From a virus: a DNA stretch of 64,000 bases. How positions within the stretch are numbered: position 1 is the stretch's first letter; every line of letters begins with the position of its first letter. Below the pieces are notes generated by a model that searched no databases, was not told where the DNA came from, and saw only the letters and a program-made list of their open reading frames with translations. The DNA is taken from IMG/VR virus record IMGVR_UViG_3300022074_000013, positions 30,776 to 94,775 of that record; one strand, 5' to 3'. The position numbers and the translations under genes are program-made. Below, piece after piece: positions 1 to 9,662 of this stretch.

Positions 1-1980
1 GAAACAAACGCTGGTGTCGCAACATTTGACGGAACAGACTTTACTGTATCAGCTGGTGATGTCACGGTAAACGCAGAAAGAATTCAAGATATCGTTGGTG
101 CAATGGTATCAGGAAATACTGAAAGTGGTATCACAGTTACATATGAAGACGGTGACGGTACTTTAGACTTCTCTACTACACTAGGTGGTCTTGCTGGTAC
201 TTCTGATAATATCACAGAAGGTTCAACAAATTTATTCCTTACCAACGAAAGAGTAGACGATAGAGTAAACGCACTATTGACTGCTGGTACAAACATGTCA
301 TTGACATATGACGATGCAGCTAATACTTTAACAATTGCGTCTTCGGGTAAAACAGAAGAAGAAATAGAAGACATTGTTGGTGCACAACTTGCTACAAACG
401 GTTCACACACAAATATCACTGCAACATATGACGATGCTGGTGACGGTGCGGTAGACCTTGCAATTACAGACGCAACAATCAGAGGAAAGGTTTCCGTAAC
501 AGATTCAGGTGGAGACGGTTCACTTGCATACAATAACTCTACAGGTGTTATCACATATACAGGCCCAAGTGCGTCAGAAGTAAGAGCACATATCTCAGGT
601 GGAACAGGTGTTACTGTATCAAGTGGTGAAATTGCAATTGGACAAGCAGTTGCAACAAGTTCAAATGTAACTTTCGCAGACGTAGCTGCAACAGGTAATT
701 TGACAGTTACAGGTAACTTAGATGTAAACGGAACAACCACAACTTTAGACACTACAAACTCAACAATTACAGATAGATTGATTGAGTTAGGAAATGGTAC
801 AACAGGAACACCTGCAAATGATATGGGTATTGTTCTTGAAAGAGGAGACTCAGACAACGCATTTATAGGTTGGGATGAAAGTGCAGACAAATTCTTAGTA
901 GGTACAGGTTCATTTACAGGTGCAAGTACAGGTGACTTAACAGTTACTACAGGAACACTTGTAGCAAACTTAGAAGGTAACGTAACTGGTAACGTAACTG
1001 GTGACTTGACTGGTAACGTAACTGGTAACGTTAGTGGAACTGCAGCTACAGTAACAGGTGCAGCTCAAACAAACATTACAAGTCTTGGAACTCTTACAGC
1101 ATTAACAGTAGACGATATTAGTATTGACGGTTCAAAGATATCTATAGCCGATAACTCAGCAACTGCTCTTACCATTTCAGAAGGTAGTAATGACTATTTA
1201 ACTTTTAATACTACAGACTCAGCAGAAACAATATTATTAGGAAAACCTCTTGATACAAATGGTAATGCAATTATTTTTGATGTAGATGGTGATACATCAA
1301 TTGCTGGTTCACCTATTGATGATATGTTGATATTTAAATCTGGTGGAGCTTCATGGTTATTAGCTTCTGCAAATGTTGGTTTATCACCAAATGTTGCATT
1401 CCCCCTTGGTAATTCAAGTTATCCGTTTACCCATTTATATGTGGACAATATTTTTGTTGATGGTAATACAATTAAATCAGAAAATTCAGATGGCGATTTA
1501 ATATTTAAAGGCAACGATGGCGGTTCAGAAATAACTGCTCTTACACTTGATATGTCTGAAGCAGGTGCAGCTACTTTTAATGCAGGAGTAACTGCTACTA
1601 CATTTACAGGTGCATTAACTGGTAACGTTACTGGTAACTTAACTGGTAATGTCACAGGTAATGTTAGTGGAACTTCAGGTTCAACAACAGGTAATGCCGC
1701 TACAGCAACTGCATTACAAAATGCAAGAACAATCAACGGAGTATCTTTTGACGGAACTGGAAACGTAACAACCTTGACTGCAGGAACAGGTGTTTCTGTA
1801 TCAGGAACCGAAGTTGCAATCGGACAAGCAGTTGCTACAAACAGTAACGTGACCTTTAATCAGATACACACCGACTACGCAAGTAATAGTGGACAAGTTG
1901 CAAGGAACATTTACCAATCAACTTCTGCTCCAAGTGGTGGAGACGGACAAGTCGGCGACTTATGGATTTTATACTCTTAA
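1..1980 (+). CDS. Tail fibre-like structural protein (5'-truncated; frame open from base 1)
   Basis: Frame 1 is open from position 1. Gly/Thr/Asn/Asp-rich, with GNVT repeats, a duplicated '[23 protein letters not shown]' block and a C-terminal '[14 protein letters not shown]' motif typical of fibre ends. Confidence 0.8.
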   Translation, partial: ETNAGVATFDGTDFTVSAGDVTVNAERIQDIVGAMVSGNTESGITVTYEDGDGTLDFSTTLGGLAGTSDNITEGSTNLFLTNERVDDRVNALLTAGTNMSLTYDDAANTLTIASSGKTEEEIEDIVGAQLATNGSHTNITATYDDAGDGAVDLAITDATIRGKVSVTDSGGDGSLAYNNSTGVITYTGPSASEVRAHISGGTGVTVSSGEIAIGQAVATSSNVTFADVAATGNLTVTGNLDVNGTTTTLDTTNSTITDRLIELGNGTTGTPANDMGIVLERGDSDNAFIGWDESADKFLVGTGSFTGASTGDLTVTTGTLVANLEGNVTGNVTGDLTGNVTGNVSGTAATVTGAAQTNITSLGTLTALTVDDISIDGSKISIADNSATALTISEGSNDYLTFNTTDSAETILLGKPLDTNGNAIIFDVDGDTSIAGSPIDDMLIFKSGGASWLLASANVGLSPNVAFPLGNSSYPFTHLYVDNIFVDGNTIKSENSDGDLIFKGNDGGSEITALTLDMSEAGAATFNAGVTATTFTGALTGNVTGNLTGNVTGNVSGTSGSTTGNAATATALQNARTINGVSFDGTGNVTTLTAGTGVSVSGTEVAIGQAVATNSNVTFNQIHTDYASNSGQVARNIYQSTSAPSGGDGQVGDLWILYS

Positions 1981-2003
1981 TAAGGGTAACAGGATAATAT
2001 AAT

Positions 2004-3377
2004 ATGGCATCAGGCTCACAGAAGGTTAAAACACCTACAGGCTGGAACGCAACTCAAGGTGCGTGGGTTAAAACGCCTGACGGTTGGCGTGCAGTAGAGC
2101 AAGTCTATATTAAAACGCCTGACGGGTGGAATAATGCTAGTGGTCAAGAAGATACACAACAACCTGCTCGAAGACCTGCAACTGGTAGACTTCAAGCACA
2201 AAGACCTGCAACTGGTCAATTACAGGCACAAAGACCTGCAATAGGAACAACACCTGCAAGAAGACCTGCGACTGGTAGACTTCAAGCACAAAGACCTGCA
2301 TCAGGACAGTCGCCAAGCACTTATCAGGCGCAAGGAAGATATCCATATCCTGCCAATGCACAGGCACCTTATCCTGCTAATGGACAACAGCCAGGCACAT
2401 ATCCTGCTAACGCTCAGACGCCTGGCACATATCCTGCAAATGCTAGAGGAAGATATCCTGCTAACGGACAATCGCCAGGCACATATCCTGCTAATGCGAG
2501 ACAGCCAGGAACTTATCAGGCAAGATATCCATTTACTTATCCTGCTAACTCACAAAGTCCATTTACGTATCAGGCAAGATATCCATTTACATACCCTGCT
2601 AACTCACAGTCACCATTTACGTATCAGGCAAGATATCCGTTTATTGCACCTACAACATATCAGGCACCTACAACGTATCAGGCAAGATATCCATTTATTA
2701 CACCTGCGAGACAACCTTTCACTTTCTCATTCATGAAAGACGGGATAGTTTATAACGGTCAGAATCCTTTTACTACAAGTGCAAGGGGTAGGTATCCTGC
2801 TAATACAACGTATCCTGCTAACACGAATACAAATGCACGTGGAAGATATCCTGCCAACGCAAGGCAGCCAGGAACTTATCAGAATAACGCAAGAGGAAGA
2901 TACCCTGCTAATGCAAGACAGCCAGGCACATATCAAAACAATGCACGTGGAAGATATCCTGCGAACTCACAGTCACCATTTACTTATCAGACGCCTTATA
3001 GAACTCCGTTTACATATCAGGCAAGATATCCATTTACATATCAAGCGTCTTATAGAATTCCGTCTACTTATCAGGCGTCTTATAGAACACCGTTTACGTA
3101 TCAGGCAAGACAACCTAGCACGTATCAAGCACAAGGAAGATATCCGTATCCTGCTAACGCACAGACATCATATAATTTCCAACAGAACTATCAGAACCCA
3201 TACCCGTTCCAACAGAATTATCAAAATCCGTATCCGTTCCAACAGAACTATCAGAACCCGTATCCGTTCCAACAGAACTATCAGAACCCGTACCCATACC
3301 AGCAGAACTATCAAAACCCTGTTCAACGTTGGGACGGTGTGTTACAACAACAATGGCCTGCAACACCTATTTCGTAA
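2004..3377 (+). CDS. Pro/Gln/Tyr/Thr/Arg-rich repeat protein; putative fibre-tip adhesin or beta-hairpin needle
   Basis: Three N-terminal KTPxGW repeats, then ~390 aa of mirror-registered repeats around FSFMKDGIVY. Lies directly after the fibre gene. Confidence 0.7.
   Translation: MASGSQKVKTPTGWNATQGAWVKTPDGWRAVEQVYIKTPDGWNNASGQEDTQQPARRPATGRLQAQRPATGQLQAQRPAIGTTPARRPATGRLQAQRPASGQSPSTYQAQGRYPYPANAQAPYPANGQQPGTYPANAQTPGTYPANARGRYPANGQSPGTYPANARQPGTYQARYPFTYPANSQSPFTYQARYPFTYPANSQSPFTYQARYPFIAPTTYQAPTTYQARYPFITPARQPFTFSFMKDGIVYNGQNPFTTSARGRYPANTTYPANTNTNARGRYPANARQPGTYQNNARGRYPANARQPGTYQNNARGRYPANSQSPFTYQTPYRTPFTYQARYPFTYQASYRIPSTYQASYRTPFTYQARQPSTYQAQGRYPYPANAQTSYNFQQNYQNPYPFQQNYQNPYPFQQNYQNPYPFQQNYQNPYPYQQNYQNPVQRWDGVLQQQWPATPIS
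2172..2303 (+). repeat. 30-bp (10-aa) tandem repeat RPATGxLQAQ, about 5 copies
   Basis: AGACCTGC recurs every 30 bp. Confidence 0.85.
3177..3323 (+). repeat. 30-bp (10-aa) tandem repeat FQQNYQNPYP, 5 copies
   Basis: ttccaacagaactatcagaacccgtatccg-like unit repeated five times. Confidence 0.95.
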
Positions 3378-3413
3378 CACACTAAATATACTCACATAAG
3401 TGAGATTTTTATT

Positions 3414-4940
3414 ATGACAGAAATTGACCATTTAATTGATTTTATTCCATTTCGCCTAGACTGGACGCAAGAAAGTGTTCGTAGACAACTCTTTTATAAG
3501 AGCGGTCACCATATTGGCAATATTCCTGTTAACGAAGACGGTTCTATTGATACTGAATGTGACACATATAAAGTTGTACAATACTTTGTAGATAATGTTT
3601 ATGTTCCTAATGTGAAATTAGTAACTTGGGGTGATATTAAAAAGTGCGGATTCATGCCTTTGGAATCATTTGGATTAGACTATCAAGCGTCTAATTATTT
3701 AAAGTATATTCCTAATTTCCATACTTACGGTGCTAGTATGAAAAAAATAACTACCGCAACGGGAGATATTACTGGTGGAAATGAAGATGGAAATGATATA
3801 ACTGGTTCGGGATTTTATCATGGGTGTAAAGGACATTGGTTATTACATGATATTCAGAAGAATGGTTTAAATCAACCGATAACTATTGTATTACAAAAAA
3901 GCGGAAGAAACGATAGAATTGAATACAACCCACATATACACCCTGGCTCAGTACGACAAGGTGTATTCGGTGCGACAGACGATGAAAGTATGACCTGTAT
4001 TGTTTGGGACGCATATAACGCCTTTGATTGGATAGAACCTTTAACTACTGATGAGTGGTTAAGAAGTTTTACTACACCACAGTTTGACGGCATGAGACCG
4101 ACACAATTACATGTATCTTACAATTATACTAGTATTGAAGTGCAAACTTCGGGTGAATGGAATAATGGAAGGTCAGAACCCGATAGACAATGGAGAGAAA
4201 AAGTAAAGGATTTTTCTAAAAAGGTATCAGAAAAATTCAATGGAAAACCTTTAAACATATATCTTGGGTATGATTCAAGACATGAAGATATAACAGACGT
4301 ACAAATAAATTCTATTAATCAAGCATGTCAAAGAGCAGTTAATGACTCACAGTGTAGATTTGAACCTGAAATAAAACTACTTGACGTATCAAAGATTCCC
4401 GAATATACTAGAGAGTACGCAAATCAATCGACAGAATTTACTTATAGCAGATTCTTAATTCCATACTTAGAAAATTATGAAGGGTTTAGTATATTCATAG
4501 ATAATGATTTTGTATGGAAACAACCTTGGTATGAAATGTTTTATTTTCTACACCCCGACAATGCAGTAGCATGTGTTCAATATGAATATGAACTAGAAAA
4601 AATGTCTAAGACTAAAATGGGTGGTGAAGAGAATGTTATGTATCCTAAAAAGTTGTGGTCTAGTTTCATGATATTTAATAATGCTCATGAAGACTGTAAA
4701 AAATTAACACCCGAAGTTGTAAATACTGCGAGTGGTCAATACTTACACCAGTTTGAATGGACTGATAGTATTGATAGAATCCCTGACAAATATGTCTTTA
4801 CAGAAGGCATGTCAGACGAAGATAAAAGATATCATGCGGTGCATTATACAAGAGGTGGCCCATGGATAAAAGATATGGACTGTAGTGACATATCGCAATT
4901 AAAGTTATACGAAAAGTATAAAAATATACTCAATAAATAA
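3414..4940 (+). CDS. Glycosyltransferase (GT-A fold, GT8/CDI-like C-terminal domain) with an N-terminal ParB-like or unknown domain
   Basis: IYLGYDSR, STEFTYSRFLIPYL, FIDND (DxD), YPKKLWSSFMIFN and HYTRGGPW. The N-half has 'DIQKNGLNQPI...HPGSVR', resembling ParB/Srx. Confidence 0.75.
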   Translation: MTEIDHLIDFIPFRLDWTQESVRRQLFYKSGHHIGNIPVNEDGSIDTECDTYKVVQYFVDNVYVPNVKLVTWGDIKKCGFMPLESFGLDYQASNYLKYIPNFHTYGASMKKITTATGDITGGNEDGNDITGSGFYHGCKGHWLLHDIQKNGLNQPITIVLQKSGRNDRIEYNPHIHPGSVRQGVFGATDDESMTCIVWDAYNAFDWIEPLTTDEWLRSFTTPQFDGMRPTQLHVSYNYTSIEVQTSGEWNNGRSEPDRQWREKVKDFSKKVSEKFNGKPLNIYLGYDSRHEDITDVQINSINQACQRAVNDSQCRFEPEIKLLDVSKIPEYTREYANQSTEFTYSRFLIPYLENYEGFSIFIDNDFVWKQPWYEMFYFLHPDNAVACVQYEYELEKMSKTKMGGEENVMYPKKLWSSFMIFNNAHEDCKKLTPEVVNTASGQYLHQFEWTDSIDRIPDKYVFTEGMSDEDKRYHAVHYTRGGPWIKDMDCSDISQLKLYEKYKNILNK

Positions 4941-4958
4941 GAATAGAGGTAATATATT

Positions 4959-5516
4959 ATGAATCAACTTGTTTTTACAGAAGATAACAATCTTCACATC
5001 ACCAAACCAAACGGTTTGAGATACCAATTTGACAATGTCGAAAAACCAAATTTAGGTTTTGATTTTGACGTTATTGTTTATGACGGAGACAGCGAATTTA
5101 AAATTGTCGGTTACAACGATGACATTCCTTTCGATGAACAGGATAAACATGCACTTGTAGACGAAGAAAGAGACGCTATCGAACAGTTTATTGAACAGTC
5201 AGAACCACCAAATGGTATGTCCTTAAACAATCAGTTTATGGCAGACTTAGAAAATTTAACTCACGACAAAATAGAAGACTGTGCAATAAGATATAATTTT
5301 AGAAATCTTAACGAATGTGTATATGCTGGACGAGAAGGTTCTAATCATACGTATAGGTCAGAAGCACGTAGAGTTTTAGAATATGCAGATGCAACTTGGT
5401 CAATATGTTTTCAAACGCAAGAAGAAATAATGGCAACAAGAGAAGACCATTTGAAACCTTTTGACGAATACGTAGTAGTGTTGCCTGAAACAGTATCACC
5501 AAATAATATTTGTTAA
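4959..5516 (+). CDS. Hypothetical protein, possibly tail fibre assembly-like
   Basis: ORF with SD (GAGG). The C-terminal 'YRSEARRVLEYADATWSIC' resembles fibre-associated phage proteins. Confidence 0.45.
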   Translation: MNQLVFTEDNNLHITKPNGLRYQFDNVEKPNLGFDFDVIVYDGDSEFKIVGYNDDIPFDEQDKHALVDEERDAIEQFIEQSEPPNGMSLNNQFMADLENLTHDKIEDCAIRYNFRNLNECVYAGREGSNHTYRSEARRVLEYADATWSICFQTQEEIMATREDHLKPFDEYVVVLPETVSPNNIC

Positions 5517-5517
5517 A

Positions 5518-6279
5518 GTGAACGTTGTCTACCACGACAAACCTTTCAGACTAACGAAAGATAATTATCCGTTAGGGGATACCTTTCATGTTATCGATAA
5601 TTATTTGGCGGACGAATTACACCACCATTGGGATAAGTCATTAGTCGCAAGTAACCTTTGGTCTAAAACTAATCAAGTTGCGTCCGATAGTAAAACAGGA
5701 TTACCACATCATTCCTTTTGGGGTGGAACATTTTTTAGAGATGTTCCTAATCATGAACACGTAGATTGGTGTCAAGGAAATCAGATAAATCGTTCAGATA
5801 CTTACTTTGCTTCATATTTTAATACTAGAGTAATGAATGACTTTGGTTTTCGTTGGGTTGAGTTTGATTACATGGGTTTGAATTCACAAACTCAAGGACT
5901 AGACGGTACATGTCATAATGATTGTGCGCCTGAATGTGAGTGGAACATATCTTTTTTGTATTACTTAAATACATTTTGGAATCCTAAATGGGGCGGTGAC
6001 TTAAGAGTGTATGATGAAAATATTGGTAGCGGTGTTGCAGAAGAAATGAACAAACACGAAATAGGAAGAATAGAATTTAAACCAAACAGATTACTTATGT
6101 TTGACGGAAGGATACCTCATGGTGCAGAAGCACCAAAACCTTCTGCAAGATATGTAGATAGACGTTCATGTGTATTGCGTGGTTCAGAAATAAGATTAGT
6201 ACCTCAAGAAGAACAAAGAAAAGAAGTTGCACCAAGACAACTAAGATATCAGAGATATATGAGATATGCCGACAATTGA
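5518..6279 (+). CDS. 2OG-Fe(II) oxygenase (prolyl hydroxylase-like)
   Basis: HxD (HND), 'LYYLNTFWNPKWGGDL', 'FKPNRLLMFDGRIPHG' and distal Arg. GTG start. Confidence 0.85.
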   Translation: MNVVYHDKPFRLTKDNYPLGDTFHVIDNYLADELHHHWDKSLVASNLWSKTNQVASDSKTGLPHHSFWGGTFFRDVPNHEHVDWCQGNQINRSDTYFASYFNTRVMNDFGFRWVEFDYMGLNSQTQGLDGTCHNDCAPECEWNISFLYYLNTFWNPKWGGDLRVYDENIGSGVAEEMNKHEIGRIEFKPNRLLMFDGRIPHGAEAPKPSARYVDRRSCVLRGSEIRLVPQEEQRKEVAPRQLRYQRYMRYADN

Positions 6280-7135
6280 GTTTAAAACATATAATGATAC
6301 CGCATTTGAATTAATGCGTCCTGTACCTGCAAGTAAAATGCAACCCGATTGGTGGAAAAAATCTAAAGTGCATATGATTGATAAAGGGGTGGTTGGGATA
6401 TCATTAAGAGCTTGTCCTGCAATGCATGATTGGTTATCAACAGGATATTATATCGCAACAAATAGAGATATACATTGTGAATTCAATCAAACTCTTGTAA
6501 GTGGTGGTGATTGGCATGCTACCGTTCCGCCTGACGGTGAAAATTTTGAAGCTTCATATGCTTCACCTACACATTCAAAACACCAACTAATGAATGATAA
6601 TTTCTCATTCTTAAAAGGAGATGGTTCTGATGAAAATCCTCATGACGCATTCAAATTTAGAGTACCTTGGTCTGTAGTAACACCGCCTGGCTATTCTTGT
6701 TTATATCTTGACCCCTTTTTACATCAGAATAAATATTTTAGAACATGGCAAGGAACAATGGATACTGATATGTTTAATACCTTAACAGATAATACGCAGA
6801 TTATTATGTATCCATTAAGTGACAAGTCTTTTGTTATACCTAAAGGAACACCCATAGTACAGATAGTTCCTTATAGGAGAGAACAGTGGACTGCGTCTTA
6901 TATTAACATGGACGGGAGTGCATATATAAATGAAGTAAGTCATTTAACAAGTGAATACGGCAAACCTTCAATATCTGAATTGTGTGAAGTTGAGGGTGAT
7001 GCAAGTTCGCCAGACGGACAGGTGCCTGGCGGATTTTACAGAAAATACATGTGGACGACTAAAGCAAAAAACTTTAAGGACGCTCCACCTAATGAATGCC
7101 CCTTTGACCCAAAAACAGGAGAAATGAAAAAGTGA
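6266..7135 (+). CDS. DUF6065-like protein (dUTPase-like beta fold)
   Basis: 'CPAMHDWLSTGY', 'PWSVVTPPGYSCLY', 'GTMDTD' and 'IPKGTPIVQIVPYRR'. Confidence 0.6.
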   Translation: MPTIEFKTYNDTAFELMRPVPASKMQPDWWKKSKVHMIDKGVVGISLRACPAMHDWLSTGYYIATNRDIHCEFNQTLVSGGDWHATVPPDGENFEASYASPTHSKHQLMNDNFSFLKGDGSDENPHDAFKFRVPWSVVTPPGYSCLYLDPFLHQNKYFRTWQGTMDTDMFNTLTDNTQIIMYPLSDKSFVIPKGTPIVQIVPYRREQWTASYINMDGSAYINEVSHLTSEYGKPSISELCEVEGDASSPDGQVPGGFYRKYMWTTKAKNFKDAPPNECPFDPKTGEMKK

Positions 7136-7770
7136 AATACGAAGGATATACAGAGTTCGAGGCTAATAAAACTAAAGGTGATAACAATGTTGGAGTTGAT
7201 ATCGATAGTTTATACGAAGGACAAACTAATGTTCAAATAGAAGGTTTTGATGTAGGTACAGACGCCAGTACACCTGCTTTTTATATTTGGAATTCTATGA
7301 ACTGGCACGAAGATACTTATTGTGGTTGGAAAACTTTTAAAGGTGAACAAGACCATAATACACTGTCAACAGTATGGGAAACGAGGTGGTGGCATTCAAT
7401 CCAACCAGCACCTTACAAGTATGTGGGTGGCCCTTATAGAGCTGCTGTTGCAGATTATACTTTTGGTGTGTTTGGATTATTCTTTTGTCAAAGGTTTGTT
7501 CCAATTACAGATTTGAGAGTCACTTATGACAAAGCAATTAAAGTAGGTGATACTATAGAATGTGTAATAACAAACACTGTAATTGAAAATGACATTTTGA
7601 AACAAGAGTTAATTCAAAGAATTTACGGTAGTGATGAAATTGTTGGTCGTGCTTGGGCAAGTCACTTCATGAAGAAGAAAGAAGACTATAAAGAAAAACA
7701 ACAAGACTTAACTGAATTAAATGGTGACGGTAATCGTGACCGAGGAAGGTACGGGGAAGATGTCAGTTAG
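7132..7770 (+). CDS. Hot-dog fold (thioesterase/dehydratase-like) protein
   Basis: 'YVGGPYRAAVADYTFG...TDLRVTYDKAIKVGDTI' resembles the PaaI-type hot-dog pattern. Confidence 0.5.
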   Translation: MKYEGYTEFEANKTKGDNNVGVDIDSLYEGQTNVQIEGFDVGTDASTPAFYIWNSMNWHEDTYCGWKTFKGEQDHNTLSTVWETRWWHSIQPAPYKYVGGPYRAAVADYTFGVFGLFFCQRFVPITDLRVTYDKAIKVGDTIECVITNTVIENDILKQELIQRIYGSDEIVGRAWASHFMKKKEDYKEKQQDLTELNGDGNRDRGRYGEDVS

Positions 7771-8521
7771 ATTACTGTTTCCACATTACGTATTTCAAAG
7801 AAATATGTTAGACCCAAATCTTGACGAAAGTCAAGGATATGATTTGGAGTATAACGAAATGTTAGTTGCAGAAGTTGACGCAATGCGTAAGCGTGACCCT
7901 AAAGGTAGACTTGTATCTAATTCACCTAACCCTGCTACAATGCATAGGTCGGGTTGGCAGTCTAATGACGGTTGTGAAAGTAGTCCAGTCTTTCAGAAAT
8001 GTATGAATCGTATCAGTAAGTTTTTTTCTGACGAGGTTTTACCTTTTCATGGTATTCAAAATTCTAATGGTCTTAAAATGAGGCCAGGCAATTCATGGGC
8101 AAACATAAATGAAACTATGTCTTGGAATAGACCTCATACTCATAATGGTTGTTGGTATTCAGGTGTTTTATATCTAAAAGCAGACGGAGATGAAGGTAAC
8201 TTTTCTGCAATTGATACAGACTCTAAAGTTCTGTCTATGTTTCCGCACCACCAAAGAGTTAGAACTAATTGGGACGTTCAACCTAGAACAGGAGATATTC
8301 ATATATTTTCTAGTGGTTTAATGCATATGGTTGAACCTAATATGACTGACAAAGAAAGATATAGCATATCGTTCAATATGGATTTACATGACGTGGTAGG
8401 CCCAACTGGATTCTTTCCTGATAATGGTGCTGGTTACTTTGGTCAAGACTTTACTGTTGATGAATGGAATCCTGATGAATTTTCATTTAATTTAGACGAA
8501 AGAGGAAATCCAATACGTTAA
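7721..8521 (+). CDS. Putative 2OG-Fe(II) oxygenase, TIGR02466 type (true start possibly 7760)
   Basis: 'WANINETMSWNRPHTH...YSGVLYL' and 'HMVEPNMTDKERYSISFN'. Confidence 0.85.
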   Translation: MVTVIVTEEGTGKMSVRLLFPHYVFQRNMLDPNLDESQGYDLEYNEMLVAEVDAMRKRDPKGRLVSNSPNPATMHRSGWQSNDGCESSPVFQKCMNRISKFFSDEVLPFHGIQNSNGLKMRPGNSWANINETMSWNRPHTHNGCWYSGVLYLKADGDEGNFSAIDTDSKVLSMFPHHQRVRTNWDVQPRTGDIHIFSSGLMHMVEPNMTDKERYSISFNMDLHDVVGPTGFFPDNGAGYFGQDFTVDEWNPDEFSFNLDERGNPIR

Positions 8522-8537
8522 TTCCATAAATAACCGT

Positions 8538-8807
8538 ATGGAAGAAAACCTAATAGCCTTTGACGCACACTTACTTTGGAATATAGTTCTAACCTTTATT
8601 CTCATGCCTTTAGGTTTCTTAATCCGTAACCTATTATCTGAACAAAAAAGAATTGATATTCTTATCAATAAAACACGTGAAGAAGTCGCCAAAGACTACG
8701 TAACACGTGAACAACTATCCAAAGAACTAGAAAGATTAATGGATACCTTAGACAGAATCGATACCAAAATCGATAGACTACAGAATAAAACTTACTTCCA
8801 AGAATAA
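8538..8807 (+). CDS. Small membrane-anchored coiled-coil protein
   Basis: One N-terminal TM segment plus a coiled coil. CATAAATA lies 5 nt upstream. Confidence 0.7.
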   Translation: MEENLIAFDAHLLWNIVLTFILMPLGFLIRNLLSEQKRIDILINKTREEVAKDYVTREQLSKELERLMDTLDRIDTKIDRLQNKTYFQE

Positions 8808-8811
8808 TTCT

Positions 8812-8819
8812 TATAAATA
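8812..8819 (+). promoter_or_regulatory. T4-type late promoter TATAAATA
   Basis: Exact consensus upstream of g13. Confidence 0.8.
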
Positions 8820-8843
8820 GTAGTATTAAAGGAAAATACTACT

Positions 8844-9659
8844 ATGGCCGCACCAAATTCTAAAGACACATTTAAACAGTACATCAAGCGTGCTCTTGGA
8901 GCTCCAGTAATAGAAATCAATATAGATGATGACCAACTGGACGACAGAGTAGACGAAGCATTACAATACTTTCGTGAATATCATTATGACGGTAGTATCA
9001 AAACATATTTAAAACACCAATTGAGTGCTAACGATATCGCTGGATTAAAAACAGACGAAACGTTTACAGAAAACGCAGCTGGTACTCACGCAAAAACAGA
9101 CCAACAATATAAACAACAACAAAACTATATTGTTTTACCTGAGTTTATATTATCAGTTATAAACATATTTCCATTTGCAGATAAACATAATCTTAATATG
9201 TTTGATATTAGATATCAATTAAGACTCAACGACATATACGATTTAACAAACACTAGTATTCTATACTATGAAATGGTTCAACAGCATATCAGTATGTTAG
9301 ACCAAATCTTAGTGGGTCAAACACCTATCAGATACAATACTCACATGAATAGACTATATCTTGACATGGACGCTGACCAAATCAACGCAGGTGAGTTTAT
9401 CATTATAGAGTGTTACAGAAAGATAGACCCAAATGATTTTACAGACATATACAATGACATGTGGTTGAAAAGATATGCAACTGCTTTGGTCAAGTATCAA
9501 TGGGGACAGAACTTATCTAAGTTTGGTGGTATCGCACTGCCAGGCGGAGTGGTGCTTGAACCCGATAACATAAAGACAGAAGCACTAGAAGAAAAAACAA
9601 GGTTAGAGGAAGAATCTAGATTGAACTACGAAATGCCTGTATTAGATATGATGGGGTAA
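8844..9659 (+). CDS. g13: Neck protein gp13
   Basis: 'RALGAPVIEINIDDDQLDDRVDEALQYF' and 'QWGQNLSKFGGIALPGG'; synteny. Confidence 0.95.
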   Translation: MAAPNSKDTFKQYIKRALGAPVIEINIDDDQLDDRVDEALQYFREYHYDGSIKTYLKHQLSANDIAGLKTDETFTENAAGTHAKTDQQYKQQQNYIVLPEFILSVINIFPFADKHNLNMFDIRYQLRLNDIYDLTNTSILYYEMVQQHISMLDQILVGQTPIRYNTHMNRLYLDMDADQINAGEFIIIECYRKIDPNDFTDIYNDMWLKRYATALVKYQWGQNLSKFGGIALPGGVVLEPDNIKTEALEEKTRLEEESRLNYEMPVLDMMG

Positions 9660-9662
9660 TAA

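Noticed and set aside
84-890. Minus-strand ORFs in the track (e.g. 84-890, 15160-15582, 18822-19235, 63471-63938)
   Set aside because: They are antisense shadows of well-supported plus-strand genes and show no recognisable motifs.
2154-3323. DNA-level inverted repeat as the cause of the protein mirror symmetry
   Set aside because: Only TATCAGG/CCTGCTA partially match as reverse complements. The paired ARYPF/ARGRY and RPATG/FQQNYQ codons are not complementary, so the symmetry is at the protein level.
3177-3323. 30-bp repeats as a CRISPR array or DGR template
   Set aside because: They are contiguous in-frame coding repeats with no spacers, and there are no cas or reverse transcriptase genes in the window.
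2356-3399. Alternative-frame ORFs 2356-2736 and 2779-3399
   Set aside because: By-products of the repeat structure of the main ORF, with no initiation signals.
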